A stretch of DNA of 64,000 nucleotides, from the NCBI GenBank assembly GCA_026914245.1, contig CP110440.1:1178001-1242000 (forward strand), written 5' to 3'. Position numbers and translations under genes: made by a program. Under the pieces are notes generated by a model. That model was not told the DNA's origin. It worked only from the letters and a program-made list of their open reading frames with translations, and did no database searches. Positions 12,558 through 26,384 of the stretch are shown here, one piece after another. Source of the DNA: Puccinia triticina (lineage: Eukaryota). Each line of letters starts with the position of its first letter. Position 1 is the first letter of the stretch.

Positions 12558-15391
12558 CTATTTTTTTGCCGCTCGGCGTTTGGCTGGTTTCTGGGGAGGT
12601 TTGGGTGCGGGATGTTGAGATGGGTTCGGGGAAGGTAAGGGTGACTGAGGTGTCTGTTGCTCGGGAGCCCTCGGATAGAAGACTGGGGTCAATTTTTTGA
12701 TCCATGCTTCGGTATTTGGATCGCGATTATCGTGAAGATTCAGCAAGTCGTCTGGTATCGCGGTAATCAACCGCTCTAGCCCAGCGCGCATTTCAGACGT
12801 AAGGCAAGCGATTTCGCCCAGACCAAGAAACTGGTAAGCAACTCTTCGGCCGTCAGCAGGTTTTTCCGGCTTGTTTTCCGGCTGCTTCCAGGTTACCTTA
12901 CCAGAGGTGGCTCTCAAGCTGAATAACAGAATAAGATAGGGATTGTTGATGCCTTCAATTCCCGCAAAGCTTTTGGACCAGTGGTGACTCTTATCCATGC
13001 GAACTGGACCTTGCCTATTTTGTGTTTGAACACCACAAAATGAGATGTTGCTTAATTTTAGGTTTGAAGATTGAGATGCGGATGGAGGTGCGAGATAGAT
13101 GGTGAAGAGCTCGTCAAGACCAGGTTGCTGACTTCTGCATTCCACCGCAACACCTCGGTATAAAAGCTCCAAGAAGTCAGTGGCGCTGGGTGTGTATGAA
13201 ATCCGGGTAAAGTGATTGAAAAAGATCCGCCCGTTTTTCAAGAGTGTGTTTCTGTCATCTGGATTGATACAGTCAAATTCCATGTCGCTTGGGTTTCTGC
13301 CGCTCAATGCCTGAAGGAAATCTATCAATCGCACTGAGTATCCATTTGGGATCGAGTCGGTGTTCTTGTGAGGAATTGGCTTTGTTTTCTGCATAGCGCG
13401 TATCAAGATCAATCTCGTCGCCATTTCTCCGGCGTCTCCGAGGGCAACGAGTCCTTTGCTCACCGCGGAAGCAAGAGTATTGATGCACTCGATCCAACGC
13501 TCATCGTCGGATGCAAGAACTCTGTTAGCCGCTGATGCATAGACGAACTGCGGGGGATAATCGCTGACAATCATTTCTCTCTTTGGGTCGATAAACATAC
13601 AATGCGCCGCATGACTAGCAACAAGCTCCGAGTTGATCGGCGCATGTAGAGATACCCGAGTTTGTATGATCGAGCCCAGAATGGCGAAACATTGCGGGCT
13701 AGACAATGCTTCAGGAGAAGCCGATCGAGTCTTGAACAGTAATTTTGCCTCAGCAATCATCGCCGTGGTTTGGACGGCTTCTTTCGGCGTTTTTATCATT
13801 GCACCCTTGAAATACAGCCCATAAAATGGGCAGCCATAGCTAAAGAGCCGTTCGGGCGATAGCAAATCCTTCCACGAGCTGGGCTTCTCTTTTGGGACAA
13901 ACGCATCAAGTGCTGAGATTTTGTAGATTGGCGCAAATAAATCAACACCAGCACCGTGGAACCTTGTGCTGGGGTCTCGGTCTAGGGCAGGATTAAAGTT
14001 GGCGACGCGGGAGGTCGTATCTGTGAAAACACTAAAGAACCCCATTGCGGAAGGTATTCCCGATAAAGCTCGACGAAACACGCCAAAGTATGGAATCTGG
14101 AGTTGTTCGTCTGTATGATCTATCAGGTTGCTGGCTTCGTCTATTGCCAAGAGGACTTTGAGATTTCCATGTTTTGTAGATTCCATAATTTCATCCACTT
14201 CTGATACCGCAGCAGCGAGTTTGTCCCTCGTGCCTAGGTCACCTGTTTGTATGTCCTCCCAAGTTAGGTTCGACTGTGAGCTGGTTTTCATTTTCAAGTT
14301 ATTCAATTCGTATTCGACCTTGGCATTGAATTTATCCTTCGGAATATTGTTCATTTGAAAACTGTAGTCGAACCACTCAGATAATTGCTCTTCCAAGCTT
14401 TTAGTACGTATATCGGGTCGTTTGAAAAAATCATACACCGCCTTGAGAATTGCGATGATTAGGTAGGAATAGTGCTGAATCATGTTCGGTATTGGTTTCA
14501 CTGGGGTAAAGTGTGTAGCAAGGTTGGAACGAGGGGGCTGGCCAGTGGATTTCTGTTTCCGGAGACAGATATACACCACGCACACGTGTTTAGCCAGCTC
14601 CTTGAGCAAGCGGGTTTTACCGGTCATTGTCGGGCCGATGATTGAAGTGTAGGGTGCTTTGTATGCATCTTTTTTCCATCGACCTGCATAAAGTTGTAGA
14701 GTTTCTAGGGTTGGGATAACAATAAGATCGTGTCCCTGATATTCTGCGTCGAACCCTTGCTGGACGATTTCGGTCGACCAGTTGATCTGTGGTGTCGCAA
14801 CTATCTGTTCGGCGGCGCTGGGAAACCCCAGTGCAACAAGCATCTCTTGATCAGTCAATACAGAAGCGTCGCGCTCGGGGAATCGGACAAAGTAGGCACG
14901 CCGGATCAGTGTCTCCGTCCTATCGACATGGTCTTTTTCGTTTATTCCAAGCTCCTTTTGGAGCAATTTCCAGGATCCCGTTTCCCCTGCGGTAAAATCG
15001 CTCCAGCGCAAGGCAATAATTGCGCGGCGTGCCGTGGCCAGGTTCACAAAGTCAAACACACTGGCTAGTTGGTCGGTGTGCTCGTGCACCTTTTCCACTT
15101 CAGATTTTTTTAGGAGTATGAACTAAGATCAGTTTCTATTCTGTAGCTCGTAATCAACCAAAAAGAATCACTTACGTCCAGCAGTGTCAAGAAGGTTTTT
15201 CCAAAGATCGTCTGGTTTCACGTGTTCGGAGTGGATTTCCACAAAGAGCTCGCGTTCATCGTCAGTTTTTGATGATTCGGGTTTGGCTGGAGTAGCTTTC
15301 GATTTCTCCCTTAACTGCTGAGGTCGGACATGGAGATTTCAACATGTACATACGTATGTAGGAAGCAGAGGTGAAAACTTACTAGGGCCAT
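12558..15391 (-). CDS. P-loop NTPase protein (~900 aa) with a possible C-terminal REase-like domain; two short 5' exons plus one long exon
   Basis: 846-codon open exon; Walker A GPTMTGKT, Walker B LLAIDEA; upstream ATG GCC CTA|gtaagt and a second gtaagt intron; basic C-terminal tail PAKRRAAKK. Confidence 0.85.
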
Positions 15392-16024
15392 GGGGACGGG
15401 GAAAATCAATCGGAGGGCGAGAAAACTGGACTGAGCTGGATCTGATGCGAGCGAGGGAGTCACTTGTAGATGTTGGTTGTTGTTGAAGGTTGAGAGGTCA
15501 AGAGCTGTCAAGAGAAGTATTGGTGCTGCGAAGGATTGCACTGCGTTCGGCCGGTTTCAGTGCCATCGACGCCCCGGGGGAGGATCGGTTGGCGAGACTT
15601 TCCGCTGGGAGATCACAGCCGACCCGCCGAGGACGACCCAGCGACAGCGACTGAGAGCATCTCCGACGGACTCGCTACACTACACCACTGTTCGCAGTCG
15701 ACGCAAGCTTAACGTAAAAGATTGTGTCAGCCCGACCTCCCCAACCCCACCAAAAAAGTTTGGTGGCCGACCTGATGTCTCTACGCGGGAGGCCGTCGGA
15801 GCCGCAGTCGGCATATCTACCGATGTTGGCCTTGCATTAAGGTCCGACATCGGCATATCATCTGCGTAGGCCTTGCGCAATGACACTGCATCAGCACAAT
15901 TTTGACGCAGGCCCGACGCAATAGGAAATTCATTGCGCCGGGCTTGCGCAACGCCAAATTCATTGCGCCGGGCTTGCGCAAGGCAGAATGCACTTCTGTT
16001 GGGTTGCTTGAACATAAAACTCTT

Positions 16025-17426
16025 GATGTGGTTGCTGATCAACATTCCTTGGGCATATGGCCATTAGGTGATTCATGGAGTTGATAAGCAGGGGGGTATC
16101 ATCCTGGCACTGGCAGGTGTGATTTTGGGAACAAATACAGAAGATACTTTGGTCTGCCCAGGAGGAGACTGCGAGTGGACAAACACTAGGAAGCTGGAGA
16201 TGTATTGCAGTGTGCTGGCATGTACGGTACAACAGCCTCCACATTTCAGCCTTGTCCGTCTCAAGAACGGCCATGGGTTCCATGCTTGGTACAATGGCTA
16301 CACACTCATACAGGCTTCTTGCTCAGGGGGCACTCGTTATTGCATGGATATCTGCACCCAATCTTTTGATTGTTTTTGAAGCATATTTGGAAGAAATTTA
16401 ATCTTAATTTAATTTCATTTTCATTTCAAAATCTTTTTAGTTCATTTCAAAAAAAAACAAAAACAAAAACTCACATTTGTGTTTACAATTGCGCCCTTCA
16501 TATTTTGAGCTCAAAAGATCTAGATCACCACTTCAGAGTATAGGATGATTGGAGAAGTAATTGTGAGAGTTGGTAGCCAACAAACTGTGAAAATTTAGAA
16601 CTTTCAGGCACAAGAAATAAGAGGGCTAAGATGAGTATTGATAAAAACTCAAGGATTGGGGCAGTGGGGATGACTCTCTGCGGCTCAGCGGGGCGCGGAG
16701 AAAGAATGAGGAGAACCAATGACCTGCAAATTGCTTGTTGTATGCTAGGTTTAAATAGACTAACAACAAGTGGCCAAAATGTGGTTAGAAGAAAAAACAA
16801 AAATAGATGAACATGTAACAAGTTTCAAGTATACTATCTCAGAGACTATGCTTGATACGCGTATGACAAAATGTTATCTACTACTCACCGTTCTAGACTA
16901 CATGGTGTGATAAATTCTGTACTAACAAAGATTCTGGCAATGCTTGGGAATGATATTAAACAAGTGTTAGAGGTGAAAGTAAGCAGCAAAATTCCAAGAC
17001 AAACCATAAAATGAAAGCTAAGATTGCAGGCTATAAGTCTGTTTACTCAGTATTTTTTATTTTATGAAACACTACATCTGTCAAAAAGAAATTGAAAAAA
17101 GATTAGCGTTTTTTTATAAGCAAATCTCAAGTCTGTAGGTTCAATGGTGTGACATTGGAGATGACAGCCTTAGCTAAGCTTGCAGGGCACCCATTCCAAA
17201 GCAGCTCATCCCCTTGGAATTCATCCCTCAAGAGAAACTCAGGAACAGAAGCACCACGTCTAAAACAAAATCTTTCACCAGAATTACATAGCCTGATCTC
17301 TTAGAAATCTCTTTACTGCCTGATAGAGTATAATCCATCTCCAAAATGTTGAGAAGTACTAGGGAACTTGTGGGAATGCTCTGCAAGTTCTTTGCACTGC
17401 ATATTTCAAATACCCTGCCAGGGGTT
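16025..17426. repeat. Copy 2 of the ~1.4-kb dispersed direct repeat
   Basis: Aligns by eye with 1-1403; similarity ends at about 17426. Confidence 0.9.
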
Positions 17427-17430
17427 GTAA

Positions 17431-17865
17431 TAACGTTGTAACCGCTGCGCTGCGCTAGAAAAAGCGGTCATTTAGCGCAGCGCAGCGCTTACACCGCTAT
17501 GTTCAAAGGGCATTTAGCAGAAGCGGTTGAAAAACCGCTTCCGCTAGCGCTAAATTTAGCGGGGTACTGCTTCATCCTGAGGGGTGGCAGCGGAAGCGCA
17601 AATCCGCTCCGCTATCCGCTAATTTAGCGGATAGCGGAATTTCATTGTGTTTTGAATGTCTTTTAACATGATTCAAAACTATTTTTGAAAACCGCTGCAC
17701 TACCGCTGAAGCGCAGCGGTTTAGCGCTACGTGGGCGCTTTTTTGAGCGCGCTACAAATCACTGTTTTTTCCTGGGATAAACAAAAAGCGGTTAGCGCAG
17801 CGGCACAAAAACCGCTGCGCTAACCGCTTTGCTACGCTAAACGCAGCGCAGCGGTTGCAACGTTG
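17431..17865. mobile_element. MITE rich in gcgctgcgc/agcgg motifs, imperfect 7-bp TSD GTTG(T/C)AA
   Basis: TIR taacgttgtaaccgctgcgctgcg / cgcagcgcagcggttgcaacgttg. Confidence 0.85.
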
Positions 17866-20800
17866 GTTGCAACACTGAATTCAGTACTATCTTTGAACAA
17901 TACTATACTCTGTAGGGTATTATACAATTTTTTAATGGTTAAATTGGCTGTATTCTAAATTTACCACCCTCCTAACTGTGGTGTGGTAAAGCACTGCCCA
18001 CATTGGTCCAACTGGAGGGAGGTTGGGGTTCCCTACGGGATATTGCCCCCCCCCTCCATAAATAGAGGGACTTGTTCACATGATTTTGTGAGAATTCCGG
18101 CTCAGGGGAACATTGTCTAACTCATGAATTGAGGAAGACATCTGGAACCAAATCAGCTGCAGAATCTGGTAAGCGAATGCAAACCACTTCCACAGTCCAA
18201 ATCAGCGCCCCGGGGTTTGTGAAACTGAATTCATCTTCTTGATGTAAACAGACCCAAAGCACATGAGCAGCAAGGTTAGTCTCATGGAAAATCCTGGCCC
18301 ACAACCACTCATTGACAGAACCTCAGTTACTGCCAAAGGTAAGCAGCTGCAGTGATCTTAAGAATGGCAGATCAGATAAAAGCTAACACTCTATCCCGTT
18401 ATCCTAGACAAAACCATCAAAGAAAAACAGACCAAACACACCAATACCACTCAAATAGCAGGGGAATCTATCCGTAAGTGATTTGTGTCAGCTAAAAGCA
18501 GCTGATGGGAAATTGTTCTATTCAAGACAATGTTGCATCACTACTTCACCATTTTGCCAAAGTCAAGTGAGAAGTCAGTTAGGTCCAAAGAACAATCTAG
18601 TAAGGCTCAAATGAACCATTAGGAGAAAGCAAAAGAGCAGAAGAAACTGACAAATGTTATTTCTTATGCCAGACCATTGGCAGACGTTTCAGCTTTATCT
18701 AAACCTAAAGAAGAGAGCGACCTTGTTCCTGCTCTTAGGTAAATTCAATCAATCAAGATCTTTATTTTGTCTAATCAATCAGATGTAATTAGTTAAATTG
18801 AAATAGTCTGATTCAAATAAATTTCTTAGTTCTTTGAAGTCATTCAGGTTTGAGTCAAAGGGATACCTGTACTCGAGCGTTCCCTGTGGTCAGACCAAAA
18901 CAATCACCCAAAGTACTTTATGGTGTTTCTGACACACAGCTCAATCACCAGCCATCACAAAAACAATTTAGATGTGGCACTGTGCAGGTGTGTGCAGTGA
19001 ATGCACATCCGGTCTTTCACCTGTCACTGTGTGCGCAAACAATACAAAGATGTCTCATTAATGGTAAACTTTTTGGTAGGAAAAACAAGCAAGATAAACA
19101 TCCTTGTGTCATGAGGTGAGCCACATTACAAGTTGGGGTGCCTGACAATGGGGGAAAAATCTTCAATTGCATTGTTCATTTTGAGAATCCAAGTCAAGAA
19201 ATGCTTCCAACAGCCTCTCAGTCATTGCAGTGAAACTGACTTCCCTTCTTTTGTTCTTTCATAATTTTCACAATTGGTGGAAAGAAAAAATTATTTCCAG
19301 GGAACAAGATTGGTAAACAGCTGATTGAGGTGTAGAAATTGCAAAATTCTTGCCAACAGTCTTTTTGACCTGATTGAGGGTGAGCTTTGTCTGGATCCAA
19401 AACCTGAAAGGCAGCTTTGTGTAAGTTTTGTGTGGACCCAAACCCTGCATGTTAGCTTTCTGCAAATTTTTTGTGGACAACAAACCTGCAAGACAGCTTT
19501 TTGCAAGTTTTGTGTGGAGAAAAAACCTGCAAGACAGCTTTGTGCAGGTTATGTGTGGACCCAAAACCTTCAAGAAAGCTGTGTGCAAGTTTTGTGTGGA
19601 CAAAAAACCTGCAAAACAGCTTTGTGCAAGTTTCGTGTGGACACAAAACCTGCAAGACAGATTTGTGCAAGTTTTGTGTGGAAACAAAACCTGCAAGACA
19701 GCTCTGTGCAAGTTTTTTGTGGACACAAAACCTGCCAGACAGCTCTGTGCAGGGAGATGAATCTAGCCTAAGCAATTCTGCTTTGGTAGAATCACCATGG
19801 TTATATGCACAAAAAAAAGGTCAAGTACGTATGCTGACCATCTCAGGTGCCCACCCTCCCACCCAGCCGCGGGCGGATCTCATCCAGTATGACCAATACC
19901 AATCGCCGGCGCAGGTATTGGTCATACTGAAACGGAGCAGAATGGCCAGAACAAAATGTCTATTGAGGGGAGTAGTTTGATCCCCTCTTGATGACCAGTT
20001 GGGGTCCGCCATTGAAGGCTTTGCGAGTTGTTCTTGAAGGCCGGATGGCAAGTCGCGAAGGGAGTGTGTACCTGATAACAAATTGTTATCAGGTACACAC
20101 TCCCTTCGCGACCTGTTGTTATTAAAAATCAAGTGCAGATTCACACTCCCCTCAATGACTGGAATAGACGGGCCATTGATGGGAGTGTGTACACCCTCTT
20201 GATGGCCGACTATTGAGGAGTGTGTTCTTCTCAATGACCCCAGCCTTTGAGAGGACATTTTGCACTCCTTTCAATGGCCAGATGTACAAGAAAGTAGAAT
20301 ATACACACCCGGCATCAAGAGTTCAGCCTTGATGACCGGTACAGACCAGCTACTCGGCCATCAAGTGTGATTGCTGATATATGCTGACACATGTAGATGA
20401 GCGCCGAGCGGTAAAACAAGCCACTGGGAGGGGGAAAACACGACTCCCCTCAATGGCCAATTTGTTCCGGTCATTGAGCCTCAATGACTGGTCCGTTCCA
20501 GCAGTTAAATCACCTGCTTCCCGGGGAGGCTACTCGGCATGTCAGTTGCTTTTTTTCTGTTGCACATTTTTTTTGCTGTTGTTGCAAATCCACAACAAAA
20601 TTAAATGGGTGATCTTTGTTTAGGCTACATTCAGGTGCGCGCTCTGTGCAAGTTTTGAGTGGACATAAAAACTGCAAGACAGCTTGGTGCAAGTTTTGTG
20701 TGGACACAAAACCTGCCAGACAGCTTTGTCCAAGTTTTGTGTGGACAAAAAACCTGCCAGACAGCTCTGTGCAAGTTTTGTGTGGGGACAAAACCTGCCA

Positions 20801-23800
20801 GACAGCTTTGTCCAAGTTTTGTGTGGACACAAAAACTGACAGACAGCTTTGCCCGTGTTTTGTGTGGACACAAAACCTGCTAGACAGCTCTTTGAAAGTT
20901 ATTTGTGGACAGGAAACCTGCCAGACAGCTCTGTGCAAGTTTGGCGTGGACTCAAAACCCGCTAGACAGATCTGTGCAGGTTTTTTGTGGACATGGAACC
21001 TGCCAGACAGCTCTGTGCAAGTTCTGTGTGGACACAAAAACTGCCAGACAGATCTGTGCAATTTTTGTGCGGACACAAAAACTGCAAGACAGCTTGGTGC
21101 AATTCTTGTGTGGGCACAAAACCTGCCAGACAGCTTTGTCCAAGTTTTGTGTGGACACAAAACCTGCCAGACAGCTTTGCCCATGTTTTTGTGTGGACTT
21201 TGACCTGCTAGACAGCTCTTTGAAAGTTGTTTGTGGACAGGAAACCTGCCAGATAACTCTGTGCAAGTTTTTGTGGACTCAAAACCTGCTAGACAGCTCT
21301 GCGCAAGTTTTGTGTGGACACAGAACCTGCCAGACAGCTCTGTGCAAGATTTGTGTGGACACGAACCCTGCCAGACAGCTCTTTGTAAGATTTGTGTGGA
21401 CACGAACCCTGCCAGACAGCTCTGTGCAAGTTTTGTGTGGACACGAAACCTTCCAGACAGCTCTGTGAAAGTTTTGTGTGGACAGGAAACCTGCCAGACA
21501 GCTCTGTGCAAGCTTTGTGTGGACAGAAACTCTGCCAGACAGCTGTGTGCAATTTTCTTGTGGAAACAAAAGCTGCCAGACAGCTCTGTGCAAGTTTTGT
21601 GTGGACACAAAACCTGCCAAACAGCTCTGTGAAAGTTTTTTGTGGACACAAAACCTGCTAGAAAGCTCTGTGCAGGTTTTCCGTGGAAAGACAGCCTGCC
21701 AGAAAGTGTGATGAACAAAAGTGGTCCCTGCGTAGAAATGTCAGGACCACTGCCGCTCCACGATGATTCATGGGAAAAGTTGGGTGATCCAGAGAAACTC
21801 CTCCCCACCGCATTGTAGGGCTCTGAGTGGGATAAATAAAGTAAAGCATGTAAATAATAAAGCTCCACAGATGTAAACCGTAAAATAAAGCTCCGCTGCA
21901 TAAAGAAGATAACTCCAGAAAACAGTAAGAAAACAGCCGTAAAGCAAGCACAAAAACTGCACAAAGTACAACTGTAACACATAAAGCAAGTCTGCAAAGT
22001 AAAACTCCGCTCTGCAACATACACAAAGTACAAGAGGCACAAGAGGCACAAGAATTGGCCAAGTAAAGTAAAAATCAAAAAAAGAGAGTCTGTGGGGAGT
22101 ATGATACAGAATCCAATCTCCCCCACTGTGGTTTTATAGAGAAAAGGAATAGATCTAAAAGATACCCTTTGCCCCCCTCCCACGCACACCATCCGCAATA
22201 TCTGTTCACAAGCGCACACTTTTCATCCGCAAAGGGCTATACACTCACGCATGTCATCCGCCCACTCTCACGCTAACTCCTGTTGTCTACGCCGCTCACC
22301 TTCAACCGCCGTAAAACTCCTCTCCCCAGCTTCCACACCCCTGTCTGTCCTATGATGTCAGGATGCCACACGCCACCCCTCTGGCTGCCACGGCTAACCT
22401 AAATCACTACCCCCGCTGGCCTGCGTAGTTTGATTCCAGTTCCGCTGTTGAGCTCCGCGCGCCACCTCCTTCAGTTGTGCGCTCCGCTGCGCTCTGTTCC
22501 ACACCGGTCCTGCACCGCCTGTGCGCTGCACTGATTGCTGCATGGAAAATTTGACACGTTTTCCAGAATTGACCACCACAACAACTCTGTGCAAGTTTTG
22601 TGTGGACACAAAACCTGCCAGAAGCTCTGTGCAAGTTTTGTGTGGACACAAAACCTGCCAGAAGCTCTGTGCAAGTTTTGTGTGGACACAAAACCTGCCG
22701 GAAGCTCTGTGCAAGTTTTGTGTGGACACAAAACCTGCCAGAAGCTCTGTGCAAGTTTTGTGTGGACACAAAACCTGCCAGAAGCGCTGTGCAAGTTTTG
22801 TGTGGACACAAAACCTGCCAGACAGCTTTGTCTAAGTTTTGTGTAGACACAAAACCTGCCAGACAGCTCTGTGCAAGTTTTGTGTGGACACAAAAACTGC
22901 AAGACAGCTTGGTGCAATTCTTGTTTGGACACAAAACCTGCCAGACAGCCTTCTCCAAGTTTTGTGTGGACACAAAACAGGCCAGACAGCTTTCTTCAAG
23001 TTTTGTGTGGACAAAAACCCTGCCAGACAGGTTTGTCCAAATTTTTGTGAACAGGAAACCTGCTTAAAAACTTCGTGCAAGTTTTGTGTGGACAAAATAC
23101 CTACCAGACAGCTCTGTGATAGTTTTGTGTGGACACGAACCCTGCCAGACAGCTGTGTGCAAGTTTTGTGTGGACGCAAAACCTGCCAGACAGCTCTGTG
23201 CAAGTTTTGTGTGGACACAAAACCTGCCAGAGAGCTTTTTGCAAGATTTGTGTGGAGCCAAAACCTGCCAAAAAGCTCTGGACCAGTTTTGTGTAGACAC
23301 AAAACCTGCCAGAAAGCTGTGTCCAGTGTGGAAGCAAAACCTGCCACAGCTTTTTCCAAGTTTTAAGTGGACACAAAACCTGCCAAAAAGCTTTCTCCAA
23401 CTTTTGTGTGGACACAATACCTGCCAGACAGCTTTGTCCAAGTTTTGTGTGGAAACAAAACCTGCCAGACAGCTTTGCCCAGATTTTGTGTGGACACAAA
23501 ACCTGCCAGACAGCTTTGTCCAAGTTTCGTGTGGACACAAAACCTGCCAGGCAGGTTTTCCAGGTTTTGTGTGGAGGCAAAACCTGCCAGACAGCTTTTT
23601 CCAGGTTTTGTGTGGAGGCAAAACCTGCCAGACAGCTCTGTGCAAGTTTTGTGTGGACACAAAACCTGCCAGACAGCTTTGTCCAGGTTTTGTGTGGACA
23701 CAAAACTTGCCAGACAGCTTTTTCCAGGTTTTGTGTGGACACAAAATCTGCTGGACAGCTTTTTCCAATGTTTTTTTGGACATAAAACCTGCCAGACAGC

Positions 23801-26147
23801 TTTTTCCAGGTTTTTTGTGGACACAAAATCTGCCAGACAGCTTTTTCCAGGTTTTGGGTGGAGGCGAAACCTGCCAGACAGCTCTGTGCAAGCTTTGTGT
23901 GGACACAAAACCTGCCAGACAGCTTTTTCCAAGTTTTGTGTGGAACAGCTTTCTCCAAGTTTTGTGTGGACACAAAACCTGACAGACAGCTCTGTGCAAT
24001 TTTTGTGTGGACACAAAACCTGCCAGGCAGCTTTGTCCAAGTTTTGTGTGGACACAAAACCTGCGAGACCCCTTTGTCCAGGTTTTGTGTGGGCACAAAA
24101 CTTGCCAGACAGCCTGGTCCAGGACTTGTGTGGACAGAAAACCTGCCAAACACCTGGCCCAAGTTTTGTGTGGACACAAAACCTGCCAGACAGCTTTTTC
24201 CAGCTTTTGTGTGGACGCAAAACCAGCCAGACAGCTTTCTCCAAGGTTTGTGTGGACACAAAACCTGCCAGAAAGCTCTGTGCAAGTTTTGTGTGGACAC
24301 AAAACCTGCCAGACAGCTTTGTCCAGGTTTTGTGTGGATGCGAAACCTGCCAGGCAGGTTTTGCAGGTTTCGTGTGGACGCAAAACCTGCCAGATAGCTC
24401 TGTCCAAGATTTGTGTGGACACAAACCTGCCAGACAGATTTGTCCAAGTTTTGTGTGGACACAAACCTGCCAGACAGATTTGTCCAAGTTTTGTGTGGAC
24501 ACAAAACCTGCCAGGTAGCTCTGTGCTGGTTTATTGTGGACACAAAACCTGCTAGACAGCTCTGTGCAAGTTTTGTGTGAACACAAACCAGGTTTTGTGT
24601 GGACGCAAAACCTGCCAGACAGCTTTTTCCAGGTTTTGTGTGGAGGCGAAACCTGCCAGACAGCTCTGTGCAAGTTTTGTGTGGACACAAAACCTGCCAG
24701 ACAGCTTTGTCCAGGTTTTGTGTGGACGCAAAACATGCCAGGCAGGTTTTCCAGGTTTTGTGTGGACGCGAAACCTGCCAGACAGCTTTTTCCAGGTTTT
24801 GTGTGGACACGAAACCTGCCAGACAGCTCTGTGCAAGCTTTGTGTGGACACAAAACCTGCCAGACAGCTCTGTGCGTTTTGCGTGGACACAAAACCTGCC
24901 AGGCCGCTTTGTCCAACTTTTGTGTGAACACAAAACTTGCCAGACGGCTCTGTGCAAGTTTTGTGTGGACACAAAACCTGCCAGACAGCTTTTTCCAGGT
25001 TTTGTGTCAGCCGGCAAGCAAAACCAAGTTACCCCTTAATTTGCCAACCTTCTGTTTTGCTACACCATCTGCAATTATTACTAGTTTCACACTCATTTCA
25101 CATGTTTCTTCACATTCCACACTCTTTGATTTTATTATTGACATAGCTTAAGTATGTCTCTAGTCAAACTCGAGAAGCCTGATACATAAGTTGTACTCCT
25201 CAAGCTCCATTGTTCCCTAGACTTTCAGAATAGACAAAATAATAAACATCTTTTACTCATTCCTTGTTCCCCTCATATCAACAGATCACTGTCTGGAAAC
25301 TCAAGCCTGACTGTCTCAAAACTTATCATTGGCTGGGGGTAAACTCTTTGGATCAGATTCAACCCCATCTACGACTAGGAGCCACCGGATTATTCCAGTA
25401 AACTTCCATTGAGTGGATTCCCATCTTCCCCCGAGTAACCCACCGCTGACATTTTGTGTGGACGCAAAACCTGCCAGACAGCTTTTTCCAGGTTTTGTGT
25501 GGACACAAAATCTGCCAGACAGCTTTTTCCAATGTTTTTTTGGACACAAAACCTGCCAGACATCTCTGTGCAAGTTTTGTGTGGCCACAAAACCTGCCAG
25601 ACAGCTTTGTCCAGGTTTTGTGTGGATGCAAAACCTGCCAGGCAGGTTTTCCAGGTTTTGTGTGGATGCAAAACCCGCCAGACAGCTTTTTCCAGGTTTT
25701 GTGTGGACGCAAAACCTGCCAGACAGCTCTGTGCAAGTTTTGTGTGGACACAAAACCTGCAAGGCAGCTTTGTCCAGGTTTTGTGTGGACGCGAAACCTG
25801 CCAGGCAGCTTTTTTCAGGTTTTGTGTGGACACAAAATCTGCTGGACAGCTTTGTCCAATGTCTTTTTGGACGCGAAACCTGCCAGACAGCTCTGTGCAA
25901 GTTTTGGGTGGACACAAAACCTGCCAGACAGCTTTTTCCAGGTTTTGTGTGGACGCGAAACCTGCCAGGCAGGTTTTCCAGGTTTTGTGTGGACGCAAAA
26001 CCTGCCAGACAGCTCTTTCCAGGTTTTGTGTGGACGCAAAACCTGCCAGACAGCTTTTTCCAATGTTTTTTTGGACACAAAGCCTGCCAGACAGCTCTGT
26101 GCAAGTTTTGTGTGGCCACAAAACCTGCCAGACAGCTTTGTCCAGGT

Positions 26148-26384
26148 TAGAGAATGTCAAAGTAGACCCGGGTACCGGTTGGACCGCCGGTACCCGCGCG
26201 TTTTTTCCACAAAACTGGCACCCGGCACCGCACCCGGCACCGCCTGGCGGGTACCAGCGGTACATAAGGCGGGTACCGGCGGTACCTGCTTGGTTTTTCT
26301 CTAAAACCAAAGGAAATATGTATTCCCTTTGGTGACCAGTTGACCAGAACTGCAATGGCCATCAAAGGGAATGTGTATTCCCTT
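26148..26384. mobile_element. Left-half, truncated copy of the hAT-like MITE at 27153
   Basis: Nearly identical to 27153-27389 and preceded by the same gtccaggt target. Confidence 0.85.

Noticed and set aside
17426..18080. Solo LTR starting TGTAA(C)AC
   Set aside because: No matching TSD or partner LTR could be identified.
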